From: Planctomycetales bacterium
GTDB taxonomy: Bacteria > 4484-113
Length of the DNA: 19,200 nucleotides
Direction: 5' to 3'
NCBI GenBank assembly: GCA_037441675.1
Contig: JBBIRS010000014.1
Span: 1-19,200 of the forward strand
In this document: piece after piece, positions 7,960 to 16,705 of the stretch
How positions within the stretch are numbered: the stretch's first letter is position 1
Layout of the letters: each line of letters begins with the position of its first letter
Translations under genes and position numbers: made by a program
Notes under the pieces: generated by a model
What the model was told of the DNA's origin: nothing
Database searches by the model: none
The model's input: only the letters and a program-made list of their open reading frames with translations

Positions 7960-9114
7960 TTAAAGGACGCGGCTATCCTTGCGCCTTTCGCAAAGTTCCA
8001 ACAATCCTTCAAACTGTTTTCTTCTGCTGTGATGCTTTAGCTTCTTCAAGGCTTTCATTTCAATTTGGCGAATGCGCTCACGGGTAACGCTGAACCTGCG
8101 ACCCACTTCTTCCAGAGTTCTTGGATAACCGTCATCAAGCCCGTAACGGAGCCTAATCACTTGCTCTTCGCGGTCTGAAAGGGTCTTGAGTATTTTGTCT
8201 ATCTTCTGCTTCGTTAGCTCATAGAGGGTTTCGTTCTCGGGGTTAACGAGATTCTTGTTCTCCTGGAAATCCTGGAACTGAGAATCCTTGTCGTTGCCAA
8301 CGGGCTTTTCAAGGGATATTGGTTTTTGCGCTATTCGTAGAATCTCCCGCACTTTTTCTTCACCAATGTCAAGCTGTTTGGCAATCTCCGTGTTGCTGGG
8401 TTCTCTTCCCTCGCGCTGTTGGATAATTTTGCTGGCGCGAGAGAGCTTTGATATCGTTTCAACCATATGCACGGGCTTTCTTATAAGCTCTGCCTGGTCC
8501 GCAAGAGCGCGGGATATTGCCTGCCTGATCCACCAGGTAGCGTAAGTGGAGAGCTTGAAACCGCGGTCAAGGTCAAACTTCTCAACCGCACGAATAAGCC
8601 CCATATTGCCCTCTTGGATGAGATCAAGAAAACTCATCCCGCGGTTTAAATACTTCTTGGCGATAGAAACCACTAGGCGGAGATTCGCCTCGATAAGGAT
8701 GTCCTTTGCGGATTCGTCACCTTCCGCGTATCTCTTGGCGTAGTATCTTTCTTCTTCTTTTGTCAATAGAGGAATGCTACCAATGGTTTTCAAGTACATT
8801 TTCACGGAGTCATCAAGGCGCAAATTCTCCGCTTCGCCAATCTCTTCCTGGGTAAAAGCCTGCTCCTCGCTACGAAGTAGGTCTTTGTGGTTATAAACTT
8901 CTTGACCTTCATCGTCCACCACTGAAAGTCCCTTTTCCTGCAGGCTCTCAAGCAACGCTTCAATTTTTTCGTCTGTGAGGTCTTCATCACGGCTGAGAAG
9001 GTCGTTGAGCTCCTTCACCGTGATTGCACCTTTTCTGTATGCGATGTCGTAGATTTGCTCGTAGATTTCGTGAGGAATGGATAAACTAGTTTTTAACGTA
9101 TTTCTCTTTGTCAT
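7960..9114 (-). CDS. rpoD: RNA polymerase sigma-70 factor, RpoD/SigA type
   Basis: Region 1.1 ([11 protein letters not shown]), 1.2 ([17 protein letters not shown]), 2 ([44 protein letters not shown]), 3 (PISLEKPVG) and 4.2 ([20 protein letters not shown]). Could be a paralogue rather than the primary sigma. Confidence 0.88.
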   Translation of the reverse strand: MTKRNTLKTSLSIPHEIYEQIYDIAYRKGAITVKELNDLLSRDEDLTDEKIEALLESLQEKGLSVVDDEGQEVYNHKDLLRSEEQAFTQEEIGEAENLRLDDSVKMYLKTIGSIPLLTKEEERYYAKRYAEGDESAKDILIEANLRLVVSIAKKYLNRGMSFLDLIQEGNMGLIRAVEKFDLDRGFKLSTYATWWIRQAISRALADQAELIRKPVHMVETISKLSRASKIIQQREGREPSNTEIAKQLDIGEEKVREILRIAQKPISLEKPVGNDKDSQFQDFQENKNLVNPENETLYELTKQKIDKILKTLSDREEQVIRLRYGLDDGYPRTLEEVGRRFSVTRERIRQIEMKALKKLKHHSRRKQFEGLLELCERRKDSRVL

Positions 9115-9545
9115 AATTTATAATTGCACTCCTAAAATAGCTCTTATGATAAAAAAACTAATACCGCATTGTTTGGGAAAAATTGCGTCAATTTAATATA
9201 CCCTCAGTTTGCTTAATATTCAACGTTTGGGAGGTAAAAATCTGGAATTTGCGATTCTCAAAATTTGAGGTAAGATTAAGTGAAAAGAGTTGCAAGGGAT
9301 TTGTATCGTGTAATTAGTTGTGGCTCATAAGTTAGCGGTGGCTTTCAAAGGCTGATGTCATTTCATTGCATCAAGTCTAGCGCACAGAGGAACCTGGACT
9401 AGTCATATTTTAGCTCTTGGCAATGGTGGTGAATGTTCGCTTATCCATCGTAGCGCTTGGGCTTTATGAGATATGGCTCATTTTTTTTCTCAGTGAATAG
9501 TTCCCAAAAATAAATAGCCAAAAACAAATAGTCGGCGAATTTAAT

Positions 9546-9554
9546 TGGTATAAT
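9546..9554 (+). promoter_or_regulatory. Extended -10 promoter element upstream of rplS
   Basis: TGgTATAAT matches the TGnTATAAT consensus exactly, 22 nt before ATG 9577, with a GGGAGA RBS in between. Confidence 0.55.
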
Positions 9555-9576
9555 TAGTGATTTTGGGAGAAAGAGC

Positions 9577-10035
9577 ATGAATCACTTGGTAAAAGAGTAC
9601 GAGAAAACATTGGCGAAACCGGTGGGTGAAATTCCAGAAGTTAACCCGGGGGATACTGTCCGAGTGTATGTCAACTATTTTGAGGGTGGACTTGATCACG
9701 TCCCTTTGAAGAAAATCCATAGAATAGCTGCTAAGGGAAAGGTAACGCGAGGAGAGGTTAAGGTTGAGCGAGTTCAGATGTTTGAGGGGACTGTCATTGC
9801 GGTTAGAGGTGGAGGCTCTAACAGGAGAATAACCGTGCGCAAGTTGAGCAGTGGAATTGGCGTGGAAAGAACATTCATTCTCCATTCAAGGCGCATCAGC
9901 AAAGTTGAGGTAGTCAGAAGAAATGTGGTGCGCCGGGCCAAGTTGTACTACCTGCGCGATAGAGTGGGTAAGGCTACTCGACTGAGGGAAAAGCGGTTAC
10001 GGGCTAGAGTCAGCCCTGAGGAGGTGAATAGCTAG
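9577..10035 (+). CDS. rplS: 50S ribosomal protein L19 (with an internal insertion)
   Basis: [49 protein letters not shown]. Confidence 0.97.
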   Translation: MNHLVKEYEKTLAKPVGEIPEVNPGDTVRVYVNYFEGGLDHVPLKKIHRIAAKGKVTRGEVKVERVQMFEGTVIAVRGGGSNRRITVRKLSSGIGVERTFILHSRRISKVEVVRRNVVRRAKLYYLRDRVGKATRLREKRLRARVSPEEVNS

Positions 10036-10036
10036 C

Positions 10037-10894
10037 TTGAAAAGCCTGCAGGCTAAGTTTGACGCATCCAAGTTTGAGGCTATCTTTTTTGATTCCCAAA
10101 GACTTAGGGCAGATGGCAAAAGCTTTTGCGAGGTAAAGCTGATCGTTACGGAGGAGAATAAGAATAAGCCAGTGAATTTACGATTAACCGCAGGGAGTTT
10201 CAGTCCTGATGAGAAGGTGAGAAGTATAACTATCGTGCCAGTGGATGGCGAAGTAAGGTTCAATATTTACGCGCCATCATTTCCCAGGGGAGGTTATCTG
10301 ATCGCGGATGGGCTCCGCGCTCCTTTGCAGTTCTCTCCCACGGGGTTTTTGCAGTACCTTACCTTTGACCTCATTCCTAATCTTGCGGTTGCGGTGGTGC
10401 TCGCTCTTATCGTTAGAAGCTTCGCACTTGCAAGCTACTATATTCCATCTGGTTCAATGGAGCCGACGCTTATGGTGCGTGATCGCCTCTTGGCTGATAG
10501 GTTCTCCTACACTTTTCATCTGAAAACGCCTAAACGCGGAGATATTATGATATTTCGCTACCCCGGCGATCCTTCTCAAGATTTTATTAAGCGTGTGGTT
10601 GCTCTACCGGGAGAGAGGGTGAGGATTGAAGGTGGCAGAGTATATGTAAACGATGAACCCCTTGATGAGCCTTATATTGCGGAAGTTCCATACTACGATA
10701 TGGAGGAGCAGACGGTTCCCGAAAAGCACTACTTCGTCCTGGGGGATAATCGAAACAGAAGCGCAGATTCGCACATATGGGGCTTTGTTCCTGAGAAGAA
10801 TATTGTTGGTAGGGCTTTGATGATTTACTGGCCGTTAGATAGAATGCAAGTTTTAAGGAATCCGTTCGCTCAAAGTAACAACAAAGAGAATTGA
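10037..10894 (+). CDS. lepB: Signal peptidase I with an extra ~100-aa N-terminal domain
   Basis: TM segment, then IPSGSMEPTL (catalytic Ser), RGDIMIF, FIKRVV (catalytic Lys) and GDNRNRSADS. TTG start 1 nt after the rplS stop, with GGAGGTG upstream. Fits known rplS-lepB synteny. Confidence 0.93.
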   Translation: MKSLQAKFDASKFEAIFFDSQRLRADGKSFCEVKLIVTEENKNKPVNLRLTAGSFSPDEKVRSITIVPVDGEVRFNIYAPSFPRGGYLIADGLRAPLQFSPTGFLQYLTFDLIPNLAVAVVLALIVRSFALASYYIPSGSMEPTLMVRDRLLADRFSYTFHLKTPKRGDIMIFRYPGDPSQDFIKRVVALPGERVRIEGGRVYVNDEPLDEPYIAEVPYYDMEEQTVPEKHYFVLGDNRNRSADSHIWGFVPEKNIVGRALMIYWPLDRMQVLRNPFAQSNNKEN

Positions 10895-10925
10895 AGTTGG
10901 CTAAGGAGTAATTGAAGGAATTTAG

Positions 10926-11885
10926 GTGGCGGACTATGTTGAAATTCAAAAGCTCTATGAGAAGGTTCGCGAGCAATTCGCTCACGCTGTTGTAGGACAA
11001 GACGCTGTATTAAGGTTGATGCTTGCGGCTTACTTTTCTCAGGGCCACGTTCTATTTGAGGGGATTCCGGGTATTGCCAAAACTTTGATGGTAAAAACTT
11101 TTGCGCGCATTCTCGGTGGAGAGTTTAAGCGCGTTCAGTTTACCCCTGATCTTCTCCCCTCGGACATAATCGGCACGATGGTTTACTACCCATCATCTTC
11201 CACATTTAGATTGCATAAGGGCGCAATATTTTGCAATTTCTTGCTGGCTGATGAGATAAATCGGACACCACCGAAAACCCAATCCTCACTCTTGGAGGCA
11301 ATGGAGGAGAGGCAGGTCTCAATTGAGGGGCAGATAAATTCACTGCCCGCAGATTTTACCGTTTTCGCAACTCAAAATCCTATTGAATACGAAGGCACAT
11401 ACCCGCTTCCGGAAGCTCAACTTGATAGGTTCATGATGCGCATTAAGCTTTCATATCCGCTGGAGTCGGATGAATTTCAGGTGTTAAAGAGGTATGACGA
11501 GGGATTTGACCCTAATGACTTGGATGCTGCTGGTGTTGAAAATCTCGGCTTTTCTAAACGTTTCAAGGAATTTTGTGATTGCGCTCGCAAGGTTAGAGTT
11601 CGTGATGAAATACTAAGTTACATTTTGCAAATTGTTAGAGCGACGCGTAAACGGGAGGAAGTGAGTCTTGGCGCTAGCCCAAGAGCAGGCATTTTTCTGC
11701 TTAAAGGTTCGAAGATCATCGCCTGCCTTGAGGGAAGAGATTATGTTATTCCTGATGATGTAGCGGAGCTTGTTCCCCACGTCCTTAATCATCGCTTGAT
11801 ACTTTCTCCAGAGTATGAGATTGAGGGAAGAAGCATTGATGATGTAATTTTCGAGGTTTTACAATCTGTTCCAGTGCCAAGATAA
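10926..11885 (+). CDS. MoxR-family AAA+ ATPase
   Basis: GHVLFEGIPGIAKT (Walker A), RVQFTPDLLPSDIIG, LLADEINRTPPKTQSSLLEAMEE (Walker B), ATQNPIEYEGTYPLPEAQLDRF, GASPRA. Confidence 0.95.
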   Translation: MADYVEIQKLYEKVREQFAHAVVGQDAVLRLMLAAYFSQGHVLFEGIPGIAKTLMVKTFARILGGEFKRVQFTPDLLPSDIIGTMVYYPSSSTFRLHKGAIFCNFLLADEINRTPPKTQSSLLEAMEERQVSIEGQINSLPADFTVFATQNPIEYEGTYPLPEAQLDRFMMRIKLSYPLESDEFQVLKRYDEGFDPNDLDAAGVENLGFSKRFKEFCDCARKVRVRDEILSYILQIVRATRKREEVSLGASPRAGIFLLKGSKIIACLEGRDYVIPDDVAELVPHVLNHRLILSPEYEIEGRSIDDVIFEVLQSVPVPR

Positions 11886-11983
11886 CCTTCATTGTTTTGC
11901 TTTGAAGGCAAGAGATACAAGTTGCTTCAGTTGTTTTATCGGAGAGATTACTCTTTAACGCCATTGACACTTCTTTTGGCAGG

Positions 11984-13099
11984 ATGCCAATGTTAGGTGT
12001 CTCATTAAAGTTGGAGAAGGAACTAAAAGGTGAGAGGCTTGATACCGCGCTAACCAAACTGCTTCCAAAGAAGCATCCTGAGCACTTTTCTGGAGCTACA
12101 CGATCCCAGATAGCTAAACTTATCGTGGATGGGGGAGTAAAGTTGCGGGAAAAGACGTTAGCGAAAAGTTATTCTGTCAAGGGAGGTGAAAGAATCGAGA
12201 TAAGCCTAGGCATTTGGGAAAAGTTATCAACTCCTAGGCGTCAGCTTGATTTCAGTCTTTATGAGATCAAATTTGACTTCACCGTGCTTTATGAAGATGA
12301 GTGGCTTTTGGTTGTGAGCAAGCCAGCGGGGGTTCTCGTTCATCCAACGATTAGGACAAAGGAGGCTACACTAATTGACCTGCTAAAGCTTAAAGCCCTC
12401 TCATTAGCCAATGTTGATGACCCACTAAAGCCAGGGGTAGTTCATCGGTTGGATAGGGGTACAAGCGGGGTTCTTGTGATAGCTAAGGATAGGGAGAGCC
12501 ATTTTTTGCTTCAGCGCGAGTTTGCGCAAAGAAGGGTGAAAAAGCTATACCTTGCGCTTTGTATTGGCGGGGAGGTTCCAGGTAGTGGATTTATCAAAGC
12601 AAAACTTTCACGAAAGCCAACTAGAAGAGAACTTTTTCGTATTGCTCCTGAGGGTAGGGAAGCTTTAACATTTTACACCGAGGTATCTTCAAATCCATTG
12701 ATAAAGCTACTTTGTGTGCGCATACTTACCGGTAGAACTCATCAGATAAGGGTGCATCTTTCCAATAGAGGGCTTTTTATACTTAAGGATATGGATTACG
12801 GAGCTCAGATAAATAGGGAGCTTAGATTTTTCTTGGAGGGAGCGGAAGATAAAAGCTATCGCCAAGCCTGGAGCGAAACACTGCCATTGAAGAAGCGCAG
12901 GCGCTTGCTATCCTTGATTGACGAATGCCCCGGCTTTTTTCTCCATTCGTATAAGATTGGCTTTACGCACCCAAGATTAGGAGAAACTGTTAGCATAATT
13001 AGCGAGCCACCTTCATACTTTATGGATGTTGTGAGCCTTCTTGAGCTTTACCTTGATGAAGATGCTATCCTGAGGACTGAGGAGGCTTTTCTTGAGTAG
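11984..13099 (+). CDS. rluD: RluA/RluD-family 23S rRNA pseudouridine synthase
   Basis: S4-like N-terminus (GERLDTAL, TRSQIAKLI), SKPAGVLVHP, catalytic VHRLDRGTSG, TGRTHQIRVHL, LHSYKIGFTHP. Exact start uncertain (11984 or 11990). Confidence 0.85.
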   Translation: MPMLGVSLKLEKELKGERLDTALTKLLPKKHPEHFSGATRSQIAKLIVDGGVKLREKTLAKSYSVKGGERIEISLGIWEKLSTPRRQLDFSLYEIKFDFTVLYEDEWLLVVSKPAGVLVHPTIRTKEATLIDLLKLKALSLANVDDPLKPGVVHRLDRGTSGVLVIAKDRESHFLLQREFAQRRVKKLYLALCIGGEVPGSGFIKAKLSRKPTRRELFRIAPEGREALTFYTEVSSNPLIKLLCVRILTGRTHQIRVHLSNRGLFILKDMDYGAQINRELRFFLEGAEDKSYRQAWSETLPLKKRRRLLSLIDECPGFFLHSYKIGFTHPRLGETVSIISEPPSYFMDVVSLLELYLDEDAILRTEEAFLE

Positions 13100-14222
13100 C
13101 AAGAATTTCTTTGAAGTTCAGGCTTCTCACGAACTTGCACGAGCGGGCAAGATGAGATTGGGAGAGTGTGAGGTAAATACCCCATCTTTTCTGCCGATTG
13201 CCACAAGGGGAATACCGAAGGATTGTTCCTTTGATGATGTGGAGAGCATCGGATACTCGCTAATTTTGATGAACAGTTATCACCTAATTTGCAGACCTGG
13301 CGTGGAGGTAATTAAGCGGATGGGTGGACTTAAGAATTTTTCCGGCTGGAAGAGCGGGATTTTGACGGATTCTGGAGGTTTCCAGATTTTTTCTCTCTCG
13401 CCCTTGAGAGATATTAGCAGAGACGGAGTTAAGTTTAAGGATTATGAGAGTGGAGCGGAGTTCTTTATGAGTCCAGAGGATTGCGTTGATATACAGCTAG
13501 CTTTCCTTTCGGACATTATTATGTGCCTTGATGTTTGCACCGCCCTTCCCGCTGAAAGAAAAAAGGTGGAAGAGGATTTGATAATCACCCATGAATGGGC
13601 TCAGCGCTGTTTGGATAGGTTCAAGAATTTGAAGAAAGAGAATGAAACTACCCTGCTTTTTGGAATTGTGCAGGGTGGCGTTGAGGAGGAGCTTCGCCAA
13701 AAGAGCATTGAATTCATTTCCTCGTTGGATTTTGATGGCGTTGCAATTGGCGGGCTCTCCGTGGGTGAGGAGAGGATGGATTATGAGAGGATAGCCTCCT
13801 TTTGCGCGCCTCGCCTTCCAAAGGACAAACCAAGATACCTCATGGGCGTGGGCTCTCCAGCGGATATTCTCCAAGCGGTTAGTTGGGGATACGACCTTTT
13901 TGATTGCGTTCTTCCAACAAGAATGGCTCGGCACGGCGTAGCTTACAGCTTTAATGGATACATTCATATTAGACAAAAGAAGTGGAAGTTGGACGATTCT
14001 CCGCTTGTTGATGGATGTGACTGCAAAGTTTGCCAAAGGTATAAGAAAGCTTTTGTCAGGCATCTTTTCACCGCAGATGAACTATCCGCCGCAATTATCC
14101 TCACCTACCATAACCTTTACTTCTACTACAAATTGATGAAGAAAATCCGTAGTAGCATCTTGGAGGGCAGGTTTCAAGAGCTTGTTTCTTCTATGGGAGA
14201 TAAGCTAAGTAGAAAATTATAG
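13092..14222 (+). CDS. tgt: tRNA-guanine(34) transglycosylase
   Basis: TDSGGFQ, CLDVCT, GIVQGG, GGLSVGE, PRYLMGVG, FDCVLPTR, and Zn site CDCKVC...HN. The Cys and Val pocket residues match preQ1-inserting bacterial TGTs. TTG start overlaps the rluD end, with GGAGG at 13081-13085. Confidence 0.95.
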   Translation: MSSKNFFEVQASHELARAGKMRLGECEVNTPSFLPIATRGIPKDCSFDDVESIGYSLILMNSYHLICRPGVEVIKRMGGLKNFSGWKSGILTDSGGFQIFSLSPLRDISRDGVKFKDYESGAEFFMSPEDCVDIQLAFLSDIIMCLDVCTALPAERKKVEEDLIITHEWAQRCLDRFKNLKKENETTLLFGIVQGGVEEELRQKSIEFISSLDFDGVAIGGLSVGEERMDYERIASFCAPRLPKDKPRYLMGVGSPADILQAVSWGYDLFDCVLPTRMARHGVAYSFNGYIHIRQKKWKLDDSPLVDGCDCKVCQRYKKAFVRHLFTADELSAAIILTYHNLYFYYKLMKKIRSSILEGRFQELVSSMGDKLSRKL

Positions 14223-14260
14223 CCTTGAAGGCGGAAGATAAAATCATAGGCGGATTAAAC

Positions 14261-15262
14261 TTAAGGAGGGAAAAGTTTCCCGCGCAAATGTGCAATGCGA
14301 GAGACACCAATCTCGTCAAGCAAGGCTGGCAATGCTTCAAGAATTTTCTTTGGAGCGGAAGGGTCAAGAAATAGGATAGTCCCAAGTTGGACAGCCAGCG
14401 CGCCCGCTCGGATTAATTCAATAACATCAAGAGCATTTGCCACACCACCGCTTGCAAGAATGGGAAAATCCGGAAGAGCATCCGCGCAACGGTAAACGCG
14501 ATAAACCGTTAAAGGTTTAATCGCAGGACCTGAAAGACCACCAGTCATAGTCTTTAGCTTTGTCCGACCGGATTTCGCGTCTATTGCCATTGCGGGCCAT
14601 GTGTTGCTTATGGTGGCTCCGTCCATTCCTGCTCCAAAAGCGATTTTAACGAATGGAACAAGGTCTCCCGCCTCGGGCGAAAGCTTGGGAATGAGCGGAA
14701 GATGAGTAACCGCTCTAAGCCTTTCGCAGGTGCGCCCAAAGAGGACTGGATTGGTGGAGAAGAGCGTTCCATCCTTGACGTTTGGACAGGAGAGGTCTAG
14801 CTCAAAAGCGTAAATGCCCTCCTCCTTGGAAAGCCTTTTGATAACGAATTCAAAATCTTCCAGGGAAAAGCCTGCCACGTTGACGATTATCTTTGCTCGC
14901 TTTAATGAGCCACTAATCATTGATGAGCCTTCACTCTTTGATGCGCCTACTCCCTTTGATGAGCCACTGATAATAAGCCTAAGCTCGGGAAGTATGGCGT
15001 TGGCGAACATTTCTACTCCAGGATTTTGTAGCCCAATTGAATTCAGCATTCCTCCTTTTGTTTCACAGATTCTTGGCGGAGGATTGCCTTCCCTTGGGTT
15101 AGGTGTGATGGCTTTGGTGATTAACGCACCAACGGTGCTTATATCAAAGATACCTTCAAAGGGTTCTCCAAAACTGGCACATCCGGAGGCAAGCAGTATT
15201 GGATTGGTAAAATGAAGGTTGCCTAGGGAAACCGAAAGCCTTTCCAAATCTGTGGTGGTCAC
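14261..15262 (-). CDS. pyrD: Dihydroorotate dehydrogenase family 1 (1B-like catalytic subunit)
   Basis: NPILLASG, GNPPPRICET, NSIGLQNPG, LSCPNV (catalytic Cys), KLSP, GGLSGPAIKP, GALAVQLGT. Confidence 0.92.
   Translation of the reverse strand: MTTTDLERLSVSLGNLHFTNPILLASGCASFGEPFEGIFDISTVGALITKAITPNPREGNPPPRICETKGGMLNSIGLQNPGVEMFANAILPELRLIISGSSKGVGASKSEGSSMISGSLKRAKIIVNVAGFSLEDFEFVIKRLSKEEGIYAFELDLSCPNVKDGTLFSTNPVLFGRTCERLRAVTHLPLIPKLSPEAGDLVPFVKIAFGAGMDGATISNTWPAMAIDAKSGRTKLKTMTGGLSGPAIKPLTVYRVYRCADALPDFPILASGGVANALDVIELIRAGALAVQLGTILFLDPSAPKKILEALPALLDEIGVSRIAHLRGKLFPP
14902..14973. repeat. Four degenerate 18-nt tandem repeats inside pyrD
   Basis: ttaatgagccactaatca / ttgatgagccttcactct / ttgatgcgcctactccct / ttgatgagccactgataa, starting at 14902, 14920, 14938 and 14956. 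Confidence 0.8.
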
Positions 15263-15442
15263 TCGGGAAATATTATAGTCTAAGAGAATGAGTAGGATAT
15301 TATGTCAAAGATTTCTTGTTAAATAGAAATAAAGCAAAATCTTTGCCATAGCAATGCGGTAAAGGTGGAGGCTGTGCGCGTTGACTAATTCTTCGTGGGA
15401 GCGGATAATAAGACATAATCTCAACTATTGAAGGATTTGATT

Positions 15443-16558
15443 ATGAAGGAGATTTCGGTTGATGAGTTAAAGGCAAAACTGGAAGGCTCTCAGCCAATTA
15501 CCCTTCTTGACATAAGAGAGGCGAATGAGTATCAAGATTGGCATATTTGCGGAAGCGAGAACCTGCCAGTTTATGACGCCATAAATTCAGGGAGGCTTGC
15601 GGAGTTTACCGAGAAAGTAAAAGGCTTGCCGAAGGAAAAACCTATCGTGGTTGTTTGCAGAGCGGGAGTTACTTCAAAAGTTGCCTGCGCATTGTTGGAT
15701 AAAATGGGATTTGACGCTTACAGCTTGCGAGCGGGAATGCACGGTTTCAGTTCCGCATGGAGCATAGCTAGGTTGCCATTAGAAATGGAAAACGGCTCAT
15801 TCATTCAGATTAGAAGAAACGGCAAGGGGTGTCTATCTTATCTATTTGGCTTAAATGGAGTATGCGCGGTTGTTGACCCTTCTGTTGATGCAAATGTTTA
15901 TTTGGAAATAGCGAAGGGGGAGGGCTTTGCGATTAGGCATATCCTTGAAACCCACGTTCACGCAGACCACATTTCTCGCGCAAGGGAGCTCTCAAGCCTT
16001 ACGGGCGCGCCAATATATTTATTTTCAAATCAGCGGATTAATTTTGAATACATGCCATTAGAGGATGGAAGTACTTTTCAAATTGGTTCAATTTCGGTTA
16101 AGGTTATCCACAGCCCAGGGCATACCGGCGAAAGTGTTTGTTACTTAGTTGACGGAAAAGCACTTATCACGGGTGACACTCTGTTTATTGAAAGTGTCGG
16201 ACGTCCAGATTTGGAGAAGGGAGATGAAGGAGCGGAGAGTGGCGCTAATTTCCTTTATCATTCCCTTCACGAGAAGATCCTCTGCCTTGATAGTGACATT
16301 TTGATACTGCCAGCGCACTTTAGCAAGCCTATAGCCTTTGACGGTCAACCTCTATTTACAACTCTTTGTGAAGTAAGAGAGAGACTTGATTTGCTAAAGT
16401 TAAATAAGAAAGAGTTTATTGAGAAAATAGTAGGCGGGCTTACCGCTAAACCGCCAAACTTTCAGCTAGTAATCGCAGTGAACGAAGGCAAATTTGACGC
16501 GCAAGGGCTTGACCCACTTGACTTGGAAGCGGGACCGAACCGCTGTGCGGTTGGTTGA
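15443..16558 (+). CDS. Rhodanese + metallo-beta-lactamase-fold fusion (sulfurtransferase / persulfide dioxygenase-like)
   Basis: N-terminal rhodanese (LLDIRE, WHICGS, active loop VCRAGVTS, LRAGM). MBL motifs GCLSY, ETHVHADH, SPGHT, TGDTLF, GRPDL, PAH; C-terminal EAGPNRCA. ATG 15443 after AAGGA is preferred. Confidence 0.88.
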   Translation: MKEISVDELKAKLEGSQPITLLDIREANEYQDWHICGSENLPVYDAINSGRLAEFTEKVKGLPKEKPIVVVCRAGVTSKVACALLDKMGFDAYSLRAGMHGFSSAWSIARLPLEMENGSFIQIRRNGKGCLSYLFGLNGVCAVVDPSVDANVYLEIAKGEGFAIRHILETHVHADHISRARELSSLTGAPIYLFSNQRINFEYMPLEDGSTFQIGSISVKVIHSPGHTGESVCYLVDGKALITGDTLFIESVGRPDLEKGDEGAESGANFLYHSLHEKILCLDSDILILPAHFSKPIAFDGQPLFTTLCEVRERLDLLKLNKKEFIEKIVGGLTAKPPNFQLVIAVNEGKFDAQGLDPLDLEAGPNRCAVG

Positions 16559-16601
16559 AATTTACTTCCCACTTTGCCATAGTTCAGTGCGCTCGTTTAC
16601 T

Positions 16602-16663
16602 TTAAGGAGCATTCTATGCCTAAGTACTCCTATGAACAATTTTCGGCGGTTAGAAATTACGCC
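16602..16663 (+). repeat. Direct repeat copy 1 (RBS plus first 16 codons of an S9-like peptidase gene)
   Basis: 61/62 nt identical to 19139-19200. The only mismatch is 16608 A vs 19145 G. Confidence 0.95.
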
Positions 16664-16705
16664 GAACTCAGTTTTAGTCTGGACTGCAAATGGCTAGCTT
16701 ACATT
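16616..16705 (+). pseudogene. Truncated 5' fragment of a probable S9 (prolyl oligopeptidase / acylaminoacyl peptidase) gene
   Basis: AAGGAG RBS, then MPKYSYEQFSAVRNYAELSFSLDCKWLAYI, resembling a first beta-propeller blade (SFSPDGKWLAY). The frame then runs antisense into the P-II gene and stops at TGA 16775-16777. Confidence 0.6.

Noticed and set aside
7778..7963. 61-aa plus-strand ORF between the protease and rpoD
   Set aside because: No convincing RBS or recognisable motif, so it cannot be supported as a gene.
5049..14222. queH and tgt as a queuosine or 7-deazaguanine DNA-modification island
   Set aside because: They are 7 kb apart in separate units, the TGT has canonical tRNA-type motifs, and no dpd or queCDEF genes are present.
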